Shown here in pieces: positions 18,269 through 28,477 of a stretch of DNA of 64,000 bases. The translations under genes were made by a program, and so were the position numbers. The DNA comes from Escherichia coli. Lineage in GTDB: Bacteria > Pseudomonadota > Gammaproteobacteria > Enterobacterales > Enterobacteriaceae. The stretch's first letter is position 1, and each line of letters starts with the position of its first letter. The stretch is taken from NCBI RefSeq assembly GCF_030013595.1, contig NZ_CP122768.1; one strand, 5' to 3'. The notes beneath the pieces are model-generated. The model was given only the letters and a program-made list of their open reading frames with translations, was not told where the DNA came from and ran no database searches.

Positions 18269-18661
18269 ATGTCTGAACCCTTGTCCGGTTCCGGCACGGC
18301 TGCGGCGCTCGGCGGGGCGACGGTATTCGGGCTGTTTACCGGAACGGATTTCGGGATTGTGTTTGGTGCGTTCGCTGGGGCGTTATTTGTGGCAACGATG
18401 CCGCAGGCGCTTTCAGCCTGGCGTGTGGTGGCGCATTTTCTTGTGTCGTTCATTATCGGCGTGCTGGGCGCAGAGGTTCTGGCGTCCTGGCTGGTAAAGC
18501 ATACAGGGTTTGACGGTGCACCTGTTGACGCATTGTGTGCAGTACTGGTGTCAGTGGTGTCGGTGAAGATTCTGTCGTTCATCCACCAGCAGGATATCGC
18601 ATCACTGGTGTCCGGTCTGTTCTCCCGCCTGCGGGGCGGAGGAGGCGGCAATGTTAAGTAA
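18269..18661 (+). CDS. Putative holin (multi-TM, Gly/Ala-rich membrane protein)
   Basis: AGGAG ribosome-binding site; about 130 aa with several predicted TM helices; first gene of the lysis cassette. Confidence 0.45.
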   Translation: MSEPLSGSGTAAALGGATVFGLFTGTDFGIVFGAFAGALFVATMPQALSAWRVVAHFLVSFIIGVLGAEVLASWLVKHTGFDGAPVDALCAVLVSVVSVKILSFIHQQDIASLVSGLFSRLRGGGGGNVK

Positions 18662-18926
18662 CCTTCCCGGAGTGCTGAATGTGGCGTTATGTACGGTTAT
18701 CGTGCTGACGCTCTTTTTTTATCGTCGTCGTGACTCCAGACACAAACCGCTGATGTCATGGCTGGCCTGGCTGCTGATGCTGCTTTATGGCTTTGCTCCA
18801 CTCAGCTATCTGTGTGGTCGCCCGTTAGCAACGGGCTGGCTGGAAGTGTTTTTTAATCTGCTGTTCTGCGTGCTGGTGATACGCGCACGCGGGAACGTCA
18901 CAAAAATCTTTCCATTGTTGAGGTGA
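18651..18926 (+). CDS. Putative holin/antiholin-like membrane protein
   Basis: 91-aa hydrophobic protein overlapping neighbours on both sides. Confidence 0.45.
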   Translation: MLSNLPGVLNVALCTVIVLTLFFYRRRDSRHKPLMSWLAWLLMLLYGFAPLSYLCGRPLATGWLEVFFNLLFCVLVIRARGNVTKIFPLLR

Positions 18927-19306
18927 ATATGCCGGGTAAATTCAGATTCAGCCGTCGGAGCGAGAAAAATCTGGAGGGCGTCAAACCACAACTGGTTGCT
19001 GTCGTTCGCCGTGCCCTTGAGCTGACGGAAGTTGATTTCGGTATTACGGAAGGCCTGCGCAGTAAGTATCGCCAGAAACAGCTGGTCGCGGAAGGGAAAA
19101 GCCAGACCATGAACAGCCGCCACCTGACAGGTGATGCGGTGGATGTTGTGGCCTACATTGGCAGCCAGGTGTCATGGGACTGGCCTCTGTACGAGAAAAT
19201 CGCGCAGGCATTTAAGCAGGCTGCCGCAGAGCTGGGAACTGCCATCGAATGGGGCGGTGAGTGGCGGTCGTTAAAGGACGGGCCTCACTTTCAGCTGAAA
19301 CGATAA
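18923..19306 (+). CDS. Endolysin, L-alanyl-D-glutamate peptidase (peptidase M15 family)
   Basis: 127 aa; M15-like segments (DFGITEGLRS .. SRHLTGDAVDV .. GGEW). Confidence 0.7.
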   Translation: MNMPGKFRFSRRSEKNLEGVKPQLVAVVRRALELTEVDFGITEGLRSKYRQKQLVAEGKSQTMNSRHLTGDAVDVVAYIGSQVSWDWPLYEKIAQAFKQAAAELGTAIEWGGEWRSLKDGPHFQLKR

Positions 19307-19345
19307 ATAAGGCAAAGCCCCGGTTGTTGGAGCAATCGGGGCTTT

Positions 19346-19585
19346 GTGTTTATGGATTCATTTTGTGAATGCGCATGGGGATCATTCATGCCAGTAAAGC
19401 CTAACACGACGAAAGATAAATTTGGAGATGATCTGATGATAAAAGCAGAAACCACCCCGCAGTGGGCTGATGATGCCGCAAAAATCATCGCGGTATGCCA
19501 GGGCATCAGACACATACTGACGCCAGTTGCATGGATTATTTGTACCGCACTGGTTGCATACACAACAATTTATTTAAACAGATGA
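19346..19585 (+). CDS. Hypothetical lysis-associated protein with C-terminal TM helix
   Basis: 79-aa ORF following the endolysin. Confidence 0.3.
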   Translation: MFMDSFCECAWGSFMPVKPNTTKDKFGDDLMIKAETTPQWADDAAKIIAVCQGIRHILTPVAWIICTALVAYTTIYLNR

Positions 19586-19669
19586 GTGCTGATTTTATTC
19601 GGGCGGTGGCTTTTGCAATTCGCCTTGTGGCGGTCGCTGTTCTGATTTGGGCTGTGCGTTGGTGGTGAT

Positions 19670-19903
19670 ATGAGCCGAAAACACTGGACACACAGAATGC
19701 CGCGAACGGCGGCGAAATGGGCACTGGTAGCGATACTGGTGCCTTTTTTATTGGTGGGGTGCGTTAGCCTGGATAAGGCGCGTCAGCTTTTCGATACCGC
19801 GTCTCAGGCCTGCCAGATTATTGATGGCGTTCGGCGGTGTTCGCAGAACTGCTCACCAACATTACAGCAGCCCTTCAGCCGAGGGGCTGCAATAATGCTT
19901 TAG
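19670..19903 (+). CDS. Small lipoprotein (possible o-spanin-like)
   Basis: Lipobox LLVGC after a signal sequence; Cys/Pro-containing short periplasmic domain. Confidence 0.4.
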   Translation: MSRKHWTHRMPRTAAKWALVAILVPFLLVGCVSLDKARQLFDTASQACQIIDGVRRCSQNCSPTLQQPFSRGAAIML

Positions 19904-20106
19904 TTGTCTTTCATAAATCCTTTAATGACCCATCCCACAAGCCTGGTGATGCTGTACACCAACAAGGCAATTATCAGAGATACAAGGATATCAAACAGTG
20001 AGAATCCTTGCGTATCCGTTGTTGAAAATAAAAGACTAAAGATGAACACCAGAATGGCCAACAGAATACCTACCCGGTGAAAGCCTTTAGAAATCATGTT
20101 TTTCAT
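19900..20106 (-). CDS. Small two-TM membrane protein on the opposite strand
   Basis: 68-aa ORF with GGAGG ribosome-binding site 5 nt upstream; lies between lysis and packaging modules. Confidence 0.5.
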   Translation of the reverse strand: MKNMISKGFHRVGILLAILVFIFSLLFSTTDTQGFSLFDILVSLIIALLVYSITRLVGWVIKGFMKDN

Positions 20107-20167
20107 TTGTCCTCCATATTTGTTTTTTTAAAGGGTGGGCATTTTAACATCAGAAGGATGAAGTTCT

Positions 20168-20518
20168 ATGCCATCACGAATCCCACGTGCCTGCCGTAAG
20201 CGTGGATGCGCAGGTACAACCACAGACAGTTCTGGTTACTGCGATAAACATCGTGGTGAAGGATGGGCACAGCATCAGCGCGGACTGAGCCGCCACCAGC
20301 GTGGATATGGCTCGAAATGGGATGCCATACGGGTGCGCATACTGAAGCGTGATAATCATCTGTGTCAGAACTGCCTGCGCAATGGGATAGCCGTTGAAGC
20401 CAGAACTGTGGACCACATCATTCCGAAAGCTCATGGTGGCACGGATGCAGACAGCAACCTGCAGAGTCTGTGCTGGCCCTGCCATAAAGCAAAAACTGCG
20501 CGCGAACGAATCAGGTGA
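20168..20518 (+). CDS. HNH endonuclease
   Basis: Cys-rich zinc-binding and HNH motifs (CQNC .. VDHIIPKAHGGTDADSNLQSLCWPCH). Confidence 0.8.
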   Translation: MPSRIPRACRKRGCAGTTTDSSGYCDKHRGEGWAQHQRGLSRHQRGYGSKWDAIRVRILKRDNHLCQNCLRNGIAVEARTVDHIIPKAHGGTDADSNLQSLCWPCHKAKTARERIR

Positions 20519-20663
20519 TAATTATTCTCACTTGTGGGGAGGGGCGGGTCAAATCTCTGCAACCCTGGCTGCTCAGTACCGCCGCCTGACCTTTCCTCGC
20601 ATCGCCGCAGGTTCGAAAACTTTTTTTGGAATGTGATTAAATGATTGATAGGTAAAACCGATT

Positions 20664-21146
20664 ATGTCTGGACCCCCGAAAACCCCGCCACGCCTGCATT
20701 TGATACGAGGTAACCCCTCAAAGCGGCCAGTTAAAGACCCCAAAAAAACCGCTAAAAAGGATGAAAAAGGTCTCCCTAAAATTCCGCAACACTTAGGGGC
20801 GCAGGGGAAGTACTGGTTCAGGCGAATGGCGGAAGAGCTGAATGCGGAAGGGATCATTTCTCAGCTTGATGCGCGTGCACTCGAGTTACTGGTGGAAGCC
20901 TACACCGAATACCGGCATCACTGCGAAACACTCGATGTTGAGGGGTATACCTACCGCACGGAAACGCAGAACGGTGATGTGCTGATTAAGGCACACCCGG
21001 CTGCTGCGATGAAAGCGGATGCCTGGAAGCGGATCCGGGCGATGCTTGCAGAGTTTGGTATGTCACCGGCAAGCCGGGCGAAAGTAAATACCGCCGGACC
21101 GGATGATGTTGATCCGCTGGCGGAACTTTTAAAAGCGAGAGACTGA
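20664..21146 (+). CDS. Terminase small subunit
   Basis: 160-aa protein immediately upstream of and overlapping the large terminase. Confidence 0.7.
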   Translation: MSGPPKTPPRLHLIRGNPSKRPVKDPKKTAKKDEKGLPKIPQHLGAQGKYWFRRMAEELNAEGIISQLDARALELLVEAYTEYRHHCETLDVEGYTYRTETQNGDVLIKAHPAAAMKADAWKRIRAMLAEFGMSPASRAKVNTAGPDDVDPLAELLKARD

Positions 21147-22903
21147 TGGCAAAAGTGGCTGATGGGATCCGCTACGCCGAACGTGTTGTTGCAGGAGAAA
21201 TTGTCGCTGGCGAATTTGTCCGTCTGGCCTGCCAGCGTTTTCTTGATGATCTGAAGTACGGCGAAGAGCGGGGGATTTATTTCAGTGAACCCCGTGCGCA
21301 GCACATCCTGAATTTCTACAAATTTGTGCCCCATGTAAAAGGGGCGCTGGCAGGCCAGCCCATTGAACTGATGGACTGGCATGTATTTATCCTCATTAAT
21401 ATTTTTGGTTTTGTCATTCCGCTGGTCAATGAAGAGACCGGGGAAGTTGTCATGCGCAGCGATGGCAGCGGACGTCCGGTGATGGTGCGCCGGTTCCGGA
21501 CGGCGTACAACGAAGTCGCCCGTAAAAACGCAAAATCAACCCTGTCATCGGGTATCGGCCTGTATATGACGGGGGCAGATGGTGAAGGCGGTGCTGAGGT
21601 GTATTCAGCCGCAACCACGCGTGACCAGGCCAGAATTGTGTTTGAAGACGCCAAAAATATGGTCAGGAAAGCCCGGTCGACACTCGGGCGGTTGTTTGAT
21701 TTCAACAAGCTGGCGATTTACCAGGAGCAGAGCGCATCAAAATTTGAACCGCTTTCCTCGGATGCAAACAACCTGGACGGTCTGAACATCCACTGCGCCA
21801 TTATTGATGAGCTGCATGCACATAAAACCCGCGACGTGTGGGACGTTCTGGAAACGGCAACCGGTGCCCGTCTGCAGTCCCTGTTATTTGGTATCACCAC
21901 GGCGGGCTTTAACAAGGAAGGGATTTGTTACGAGCAACGCGATTACGCCATCAAGGTATTGCGTGGCTATAACAGCGACGTGGAGGGCGCGGTAAAAGAC
22001 GACTCCTACTTTGCGATTATTTACACCCTCGATGAGGGAGATGATCCGTTTGATGAAACGGTCTGGCAGAAAGCGAATCCCGGACTGGGCATCTGTAAAC
22101 GCTGGGATGATCTGCGTCGTCTGGCGAAAAAAGCGAAAGAACAGGTCTCTGCGCGGGTGAATTTTTTTACCAAACACATGAATGTGTGGGTAACAGCAGA
22201 GTCTGCCTGGATGGACATGATTAAGTGGGAGAAGTGCGAATACATTGCCCCACGACATGAGCTGAAAACGTATCCCATGTGGGTCGGCGTTGACCTTGCT
22301 CATAAGATTGATATCTGTGCGGCGGCAAAACTCTGGCGAACGGATAACGGGCATGTTCATGCCGATTTTAAATTCTGGCTTCCGGAAGGACGGCTGGAAC
22401 GATGCTCGCGGCAGCAGGCAGAACTTTACCGGAAGTGGGCGGAGATGGATAAGCTCATCCTGACGGATGGTGATGTTATCGATCATGCTCAGATAAAAAG
22501 TGACTTACTGGAATGGATTGGCGGTGAAAACCTCAGGGAACTGGGATTTGACCCGTGGAGTGCAATGCAGTTCAGTCTGGCTCTGGCTGAAGAAGGGATA
22601 TCGCTGGTGGAAGTTCCGCAGACGGTCCGCAATCTGTCAGAGGCCATGAAGGAAACGGAATCACTGGTCTATGCCGGGCGTTTCCATCACAGCAATCACC
22701 CGGTCATGAACTGGATGATGTCTAACGTTACGGTAAAACCGGACAAAAACGACAATATCTTCCCGAACAAATCCACGCCTGAAGCCAAAATCGACGGCCC
22801 TGTTGCGATGTTTACAGCAATGAGCCGGATGCTGGTCAATGGCGGTGAACCGGAGCCGGATCTGTCTGAACACCTGATTAGTGTTGGTATCCGCTCGCTT
22901 TAA
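21146..22903 (+). CDS. Terminase large subunit
   Basis: 585-aa protein with ATPase and nuclease regions. Confidence 0.9.
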   Translation: MAKVADGIRYAERVVAGEIVAGEFVRLACQRFLDDLKYGEERGIYFSEPRAQHILNFYKFVPHVKGALAGQPIELMDWHVFILINIFGFVIPLVNEETGEVVMRSDGSGRPVMVRRFRTAYNEVARKNAKSTLSSGIGLYMTGADGEGGAEVYSAATTRDQARIVFEDAKNMVRKARSTLGRLFDFNKLAIYQEQSASKFEPLSSDANNLDGLNIHCAIIDELHAHKTRDVWDVLETATGARLQSLLFGITTAGFNKEGICYEQRDYAIKVLRGYNSDVEGAVKDDSYFAIIYTLDEGDDPFDETVWQKANPGLGICKRWDDLRRLAKKAKEQVSARVNFFTKHMNVWVTAESAWMDMIKWEKCEYIAPRHELKTYPMWVGVDLAHKIDICAAAKLWRTDNGHVHADFKFWLPEGRLERCSRQQAELYRKWAEMDKLILTDGDVIDHAQIKSDLLEWIGGENLRELGFDPWSAMQFSLALAEEGISLVEVPQTVRNLSEAMKETESLVYAGRFHHSNHPVMNWMMSNVTVKPDKNDNIFPNKSTPEAKIDGPVAMFTAMSRMLVNGGEPEPDLSEHLISVGIRSL

Positions 22904-22914
22904 CCGAGGGCATT

Positions 22915-23097
22915 ATGTTTCTGATAATTCTCACGCCACTGGTGGGCGTGCTGGGGGCGCTTTTGCTGTCGTATGGCACATGGATGATTTATCCCCCGGC
23001 AGGTTTTGTTGTTGCCGGGGCGCTGTGTCTGTGCTGGTCGTGGCTGGTTGCGCGTTATCTCGATCGCGGTCACCGGGTCGCCTCCGGAGGTGAGTAA
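22915..23097 (+). CDS. Small hydrophobic protein between terminase and portal
   Basis: 60-aa ORF with two predicted TM segments; exactly fills the intergenic gap. Confidence 0.3.
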   Translation: MFLIILTPLVGVLGALLLSYGTWMIYPPAGFVVAGALCLCWSWLVARYLDRGHRVASGGE

Positions 23098-24338
23098 TGT
23101 TTTTCCAGGGGCTTTTTCAACGCAAAAATAACACCCCCGTCACAACGCCCGGGATGCTTGCGGAAGAACTTGGATTGTCATACGACACCTATACCGGAAA
23201 GCGGATCAGCAGCCAGCGGGCCATGCGGCTGACGGCGGTCTATTCCTGCGTCAGGGTGCTGGCGGAGTCTGTTGGTATGCTGCCCTGCAGCCTCTACAAA
23301 ATCACCGGTACCCTTAAAACACGGGCGGTAGATGAACGACTGCATAAGCTGGTTTCGGCAAAACCTAATGGCTACATGACGCCGCAGGAATTCTGGGAGC
23401 TGGTCATTGTCTGCCTGTGTCTGCGGGGTAATTTTTACGCCTACAAGGTAAAGGCACTGGGGGAAGTGGTGGAGCTTCTTCCGATAGATCCGGGCTGTGT
23501 GGAACCGAAGCTGAACAGCCAGTGGCAGCCGGTTTATCAGGTGACGTTTCCGGATGGTTCCGTGGATGTGCTGACCCAGAATGAAATCTGGCATGTGCGC
23601 ACTCTGACGCTGGATGGACTTGTCGGGCTGAATCCCATTGCGTATGCGCGTGAGGCCATTTCACTGGCAGCGGCAACTGAGGAGCACGGCGCCAGGTTGT
23701 TTGGTAACGGCGCTGTGACATCCGGTGTGTTGCGTACGGATCAACAACTTTCTGATCAGGCTTATGCGCGTATCAAAAAGGACTTTGAGGAACGGCATGT
23801 CGGGCTGGGAAATTCTCATCGTCCGATGATTCTGGAAATGGGGCTGGACTGGAAAACGGTGGCACTGAATGCCGAGGACAGCCAGTTCCTGGAAACCCGC
23901 AAGTTTCAGCTGGAAGAAATCTGTCGCCTGTTCCGCGTACCGCTGCATATGGTGCAGAACACCGATCGCGCCACCTTCAACAATATTGAAGAGCTGGGGC
24001 TTGGTTTCATTAACTATTCCCTTGTGCCGTATCTGACCCGTATTGAACAGCGGATCAATACAGGGCTGGTCAGGGAGAGCAAACAGGGGAGGTTTTACGC
24101 CAAATTTAATGCCGGAGCATTGTTGCGTGGCGACATGAAATCCCGCTTTGAAGCGTATGCCACGGGGATCAACTGGGGGATTTATTCCCCTAATGACTGC
24201 CGTGATCTGGAGGATATGAATCCCCGACCGGGCGGTGATGTGTATCTGACACCGATGAACATGACCACCAGTCCCTCTGCTGGCGATGACAACGGTAAGA
24301 AAAAGGAGAGTGGAGATGCAGACAAAACAGCGTCTTGA
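23097..24338 (+). CDS. Portal protein (HK97 family)
   Basis: 413-aa protein in the conserved position after terminase. Confidence 0.85.
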   Translation: MFFQGLFQRKNNTPVTTPGMLAEELGLSYDTYTGKRISSQRAMRLTAVYSCVRVLAESVGMLPCSLYKITGTLKTRAVDERLHKLVSAKPNGYMTPQEFWELVIVCLCLRGNFYAYKVKALGEVVELLPIDPGCVEPKLNSQWQPVYQVTFPDGSVDVLTQNEIWHVRTLTLDGLVGLNPIAYAREAISLAAATEEHGARLFGNGAVTSGVLRTDQQLSDQAYARIKKDFEERHVGLGNSHRPMILEMGLDWKTVALNAEDSQFLETRKFQLEEICRLFRVPLHMVQNTDRATFNNIEELGLGFINYSLVPYLTRIEQRINTGLVRESKQGRFYAKFNAGALLRGDMKSRFEAYATGINWGIYSPNDCRDLEDMNPRPGGDVYLTPMNMTTSPSAGDDNGKKKESGDADKTAS

Positions 24339-24966
24339 TATACCGCTGAACCTGAAATCCGTCAGTGATTCCGGGGAATTTGAAGGTTACGGTTCTGTTT
24401 TTGGTGTTAAGGACAGCCACGATGATGTGGTGGTCCCCGGTGCCTTTACCACAACACTCCAGAAATGGAGCGAAAAAAAGGCGCTGCCTGCGTTGCTCTG
24501 GCAGCACCGCATGGATGAGCCCATCGGTGTGTACACCGAAATGAAAGAAGATGATGTCGGGCTTTATGTCAGGGGGCGATTACTCGTTGATGATGATCCC
24601 CTGGCAAAACGTGCACATGCCCATATGAAGGCCGGTTCTTTAACCGGTCTTTCTATTGGCTACATCCTGAAAGACTGGGAGTACGACCGTGAAAAAGGGG
24701 TATTCCTGCTGAAAGAGATCGACCTGTGGGAGGTCAGTCTGGTGACGTTTCCTTCCAATGATGAGGCACGCATCAGCGATGTGAAAAATGCGCTGGCGCG
24801 TGGGGAGATCCCTGATCAGAAAATCATTGAGCGGGTCCTGCGCGATGTTGGACTCTCGCGAACCCAGGCCAAAGCATTCATGGCCGGGGGATATGGCGCT
24901 TTATCCCTGCGTGATGCTGAGGATGTGGATGCCGCACTGAATGCACTGAAAAATCTTAAATTTTAA
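24316..24966 (+). CDS. Prohead maturation protease (HK97-type, S78)
   Basis: AAGGAG ribosome-binding site; about 216 aa between portal and capsid. Confidence 0.8.
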   Translation: MQTKQRLDIPLNLKSVSDSGEFEGYGSVFGVKDSHDDVVVPGAFTTTLQKWSEKKALPALLWQHRMDEPIGVYTEMKEDDVGLYVRGRLLVDDDPLAKRAHAHMKAGSLTGLSIGYILKDWEYDREKGVFLLKEIDLWEVSLVTFPSNDEARISDVKNALARGEIPDQKIIERVLRDVGLSRTQAKAFMAGGYGALSLRDAEDVDAALNALKNLKF

Positions 24967-24980
24967 CCAGGAGAAAAATA

Positions 24981-26204
24981 ATGGCTGACATTAAAGATGT
25001 GGAGCAGGTCGCGCAGGAGCTGCAGCAGAAGTTTGACGATTTTAAGGCAAAAAACGACAAGCGCATTGACGCGATCGAACAGGAAAAAAGCAAGCTGGCC
25101 GAACAGGTGGAAAGCCTGAACGGGCAAATCAGCGAGCTGGAGAACCTGAAAAGCGACCTGGAAAAAGAGCTGGCAGACATCAAGCGTCCGGCAGGCGGCA
25201 CGCAAAATAAAGTTGCCGGTGAACACAAAGAAGCGTTTATCGGATTTATGCGCAAGGGGCGTGAAGACGGTCTGCGTGAACTTGAACGTAAGGCGCTTCA
25301 GGTAGGTAATGATGAAGATGGTGGTTATGCCATTCCGGAAGAACTGGATCGTACCATCCTGACGCTGCTGAAAGATGAGGTGGTGATGCGCCAGGAAGCC
25401 ACTGTGATCACCCTCGGTGGCTCGGATTATAAAAAACTGGTGAATCTGGGCGGCACTAAGTCCGGATGGGTGGGGGAAACGGATACGCGTCCGGAAACCG
25501 CCACCTCAAAACTGGGACTGATTGAACCCTTTATGGGGGAAATCTACGGCAACCCGCAGGCTACCCAGAAAATGCTCGATGATGCTTTCTTCAATGTGGA
25601 AGACTGGATCAACAGTGAACTGGCGCTGGAATTTGCCGAACAGGAAGAAATTGCCTTTACCAGTGGCGACGGCAGCAAAAAACCAAAAGGTTTTCTGGCT
25701 TATGAGTCCACCGATGAAGATGACAAGACCCGTGCGTTTGGCAAACTTCAGCACATTGCTTCCGGCGCGGCTTCTGGCGTGACCGCTGATGCGATCATTA
25801 AACTGATTTACACCCTGCGCAAGGCGCACCGCAGCGGCGCGAAGTTCATGATGAACAACAGCAGCCTGTTTGCCATTCGCCTGCTGAAGGATAACGACGG
25901 AAATTATCTGTGGCGTCCGGGTATTGAGCTGGGTCAGCCTTCTTCTCTGGCAGGGTATGGCATCGTTGAGAATGAGCAGATGCCGGATATTGCTGCCGAT
26001 GCAAAAGCTATTGCGTTTGGTAACTTCAAACGCGGCTATACCATTGTTGATCGCATCGGTACCCGTATCCTGCGTGACCCGTACACCAACAAACCGTTTG
26101 TGGGCTTTTATACCACCAAGCGAACCGGCGGTATGCTGGTGGATTCTCAGGCGATTAAGCTGATGAAAATTGGGGCCGCAACCCGCCAGAAAGCCGCGGC
26201 GTAA
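24981..26204 (+). CDS. Major capsid protein (HK97 fold)
   Basis: 407 aa with coiled-coil N-terminal delta domain (KLAEQVESLNGQISELENLKSDLEKELADIK) then capsid core. Confidence 0.85.
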   Translation: MADIKDVEQVAQELQQKFDDFKAKNDKRIDAIEQEKSKLAEQVESLNGQISELENLKSDLEKELADIKRPAGGTQNKVAGEHKEAFIGFMRKGREDGLRELERKALQVGNDEDGGYAIPEELDRTILTLLKDEVVMRQEATVITLGGSDYKKLVNLGGTKSGWVGETDTRPETATSKLGLIEPFMGEIYGNPQATQKMLDDAFFNVEDWINSELALEFAEQEEIAFTSGDGSKKPKGFLAYESTDEDDKTRAFGKLQHIASGAASGVTADAIIKLIYTLRKAHRSGAKFMMNNSSLFAIRLLKDNDGNYLWRPGIELGQPSSLAGYGIVENEQMPDIAADAKAIAFGNFKRGYTIVDRIGTRILRDPYTNKPFVGFYTTKRTGGMLVDSQAIKLMKIGAATRQKAAA

Positions 26205-26248
26205 TGCGGTTTTTTATGCCCGCACAGTGTTGCGGGCAGGAGTTTCTG

Positions 26249-26566
26249 ATGGCAGCAATAGTGGAAAAACTCAGGGCGCAGTGCCGTATTGATACAGATG
26301 ATGCAACTGATGATGAGTTACTGATGCTGTATTTCCGGGCTGCCTGCCGCAAGGCAGAAAATTTTATCAACCGTAAGCTTTATGAGGAGACGGTGCCGGA
26401 AGGTGATCCTGACGGGGTGCTTATAGCTGATGATGTTTTGCTGGCGCTCATGTTGCTGGTCGGACACTGGTACGAAAACCGGGAAAATTCCTCAGATGTC
26501 AGCAAGGCACCAGTCCCGTTTGGTTTTTCTTCTCTGCTGGAGCCTTATCGTTTTATTCCTTTGTAG
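26249..26566 (+). CDS. Head-tail connector (gp6-like)
   Basis: GGCAGGAG ribosome-binding site; small protein after capsid; preceded by a hairpin at about 26221..26240. Confidence 0.55.
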   Translation: MAAIVEKLRAQCRIDTDDATDDELLMLYFRAACRKAENFINRKLYEETVPEGDPDGVLIADDVLLALMLLVGHWYENRENSSDVSKAPVPFGFSSLLEPYRFIPL

Positions 26567-26574
26567 GAGGAACC

Positions 26575-26913
26575 ATGCAGGCGGGCAGATTACGTGATCG
26601 CGTAACTATTCTGAATGTCACCACCGCCCGCTCTCCGTCAGGGCATCCGGTGGAGACGGTGACGGAGGGAGCTACCGTATGGGCAGAAGTTAAGGGTATC
26701 AGCGGGAGGGAGATAATCTCAGGCGGAGCAGAAACCGCTCAGGCTACAGTCAGAGTCTGGATGAGATTCCGGCGCGATGTGACAGCGACTTCACGTCTGA
26801 AAGTGCTGACCGGTGCATTTAAAGGGGCCACTCTTGGTATAGAAGGGCCACCAATACCGGATGCACGCGCCACCCGGCTTGAAATACTCTGCAGCCTGAA
26901 GGGGAATGTGTGA
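26575..26913 (+). CDS. Head closure/adaptor protein
   Basis: Position and size in the head-tail joining block. Confidence 0.55.
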   Translation: MQAGRLRDRVTILNVTTARSPSGHPVETVTEGATVWAEVKGISGREIISGGAETAQATVRVWMRFRRDVTATSRLKVLTGAFKGATLGIEGPPIPDARATRLEILCSLKGNV

Positions 26914-27359
26914 TGGATTTCAGTCTTGATTTTTCCGGCCTGGCGGATATTGCACGGGATCTGGAGACGCTCAGCAGGGCAGAAAACAATAAGGTTCTGC
27001 GCGATGCCACCCGTGCCGGTGCTGAAGTTATGCGGGATGCAGTTGTTGAACGTGCGCCGGAGCGAACCGGGAAACTGAAGAAAAATGTGGTTGTTCTCAC
27101 TCAGCGTTCAAAGCGTCGGGGAGAAATTATCTCGGGTGTCCACATTCGCGGACGGAACCTGCGAACCGGAAACAGTGATAACAGCATGAAAGCCAGCGAT
27201 CCCCGAAATGCGTTTTACTGGCGCTTTGTGGAGCTGGGAACGATAAACATGCCCGCGCATCCGTTCATTCGCCCGGCTTTCGATACGACAGAGGAACTGG
27301 CAGCACAGATTGCCATACAGCGAATGAATCAGGCTATTGATGAGGTCTTAAGTAAATGA
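26910..27359 (+). CDS. Tail component (HK97 gp10-like)
   Basis: Position and size; overlapping start and stop. Confidence 0.55.
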   Translation: MMDFSLDFSGLADIARDLETLSRAENNKVLRDATRAGAEVMRDAVVERAPERTGKLKKNVVVLTQRSKRRGEIISGVHIRGRNLRTGNSDNSMKASDPRNAFYWRFVELGTINMPAHPFIRPAFDTTEELAAQIAIQRMNQAIDEVLSK

Positions 27360-27700
27360 GAGAGACCACACTGTATTCCCTGCTGTCTCAGCTGGCCGGA
27401 GGACAGGTTTATCCTTATGTGGTCCCGCTGACGGAGGGAAAGCCTGCGGTATCTCCGCCGTGGCTGGTGTTTTCTGTGGTGTCTGACACGGCGTCTGATG
27501 TGCTTGATGGTCAGGCTGAATCCAGAATTACCGTGCAGATCGATGTCTGGGCGACGGTACCTGATGACGCAGATGGTATTCGTGAGCAGGCGATTGATGC
27601 GGTAAGGAAACTGGCACCCTCCGTTATTTCTAAAACGCAGGGTTATGATCCTGATTCCCGTCTGAGCAGAGCCACGCTTGAATTTCAGGTAATAACCTGA
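27356..27700 (+). CDS. Tail completion/terminator protein
   Basis: Position and size; overlapping start and stop. Confidence 0.5.
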   Translation: MRETTLYSLLSQLAGGQVYPYVVPLTEGKPAVSPPWLVFSVVSDTASDVLDGQAESRITVQIDVWATVPDDADGIREQAIDAVRKLAPSVISKTQGYDPDSRLSRATLEFQVIT

Positions 27701-27758
27701 GGTCGTTAATGATTTTACCCACCCGCCGCTGGCGGGTTTTTATTTTCAGGAGACGAGT

Positions 27759-28463
27759 ATGTCCTCTAATTTTGAGCGTTCGCAACTGACGAAAATTATG
27801 ATTTCGTCTGCACCGGTAACAGCAGAAACCCTGGATTCTGCCAGCTATCTTGGCCTGAGCTGTACAATCAAAGAGGTGCAGTTTACCGCAGGACAAAAGC
27901 AGGATATTGATGTCACCACGCTGTGTTCTGTTGAGCAGGAAAATATTAACGGTCTTGGTGCCGCGTCAGAGATTTCCATGTCAGGCAACTTTTACCTCAA
28001 TGCTGCCCAGAACGCGTTGCGCAGTGCCTATGACAATGACACCACGTATGGCTTTAAAGTTATTTTTCCGTCAGGAAACGGATTTACCTTTATGGCAGAG
28101 GTGCGTCAGCATACCTGGTCTGCAGGAACCAATGGTGTTGTGGCTGCAACGTTTTCCCTGCGCCTGAAAGGTAAACCTGTGCTGACGACAGAGCCGCTGA
28201 AAGTGAAGGTCGATTTAAACAGCACGCTGCAGGTTTCTGCCGGAGCGAAACTCGAAATGGTGGTTGAGGCTGCCGGTGGTGTGCCGCCTTATTCTTATGT
28301 TTGGAAGAAAGGTAGTTCTCCTGTTTCCGGACAGACGGCGGCAACGTTCAGTAAGGCATCAGCAGCATCCGGTGATGCCGGTGCGTATACCTGCGAGATT
28401 TCTGATTCAGCAAGCCCGGTTAACAAAGTGACCACCACTTCCTGCACTGTAACCGTCAGTTAA
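27759..28463 (+). CDS. Major tail protein with C-terminal Ig-like domain
   Basis: 234 aa; C-terminal ..PPYSYVWKKGSSPVSGQTAATFSKASAASGDAGAYTCEISD.. is a bacterial Ig-like fold signature. Confidence 0.7.
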   Translation: MSSNFERSQLTKIMISSAPVTAETLDSASYLGLSCTIKEVQFTAGQKQDIDVTTLCSVEQENINGLGAASEISMSGNFYLNAAQNALRSAYDNDTTYGFKVIFPSGNGFTFMAEVRQHTWSAGTNGVVAATFSLRLKGKPVLTTEPLKVKVDLNSTLQVSAGAKLEMVVEAAGGVPPYSYVWKKGSSPVSGQTAATFSKASAASGDAGAYTCEISDSASPVNKVTTTSCTVTVS

Positions 28464-28477
28464 TGAGGATGGATGTG

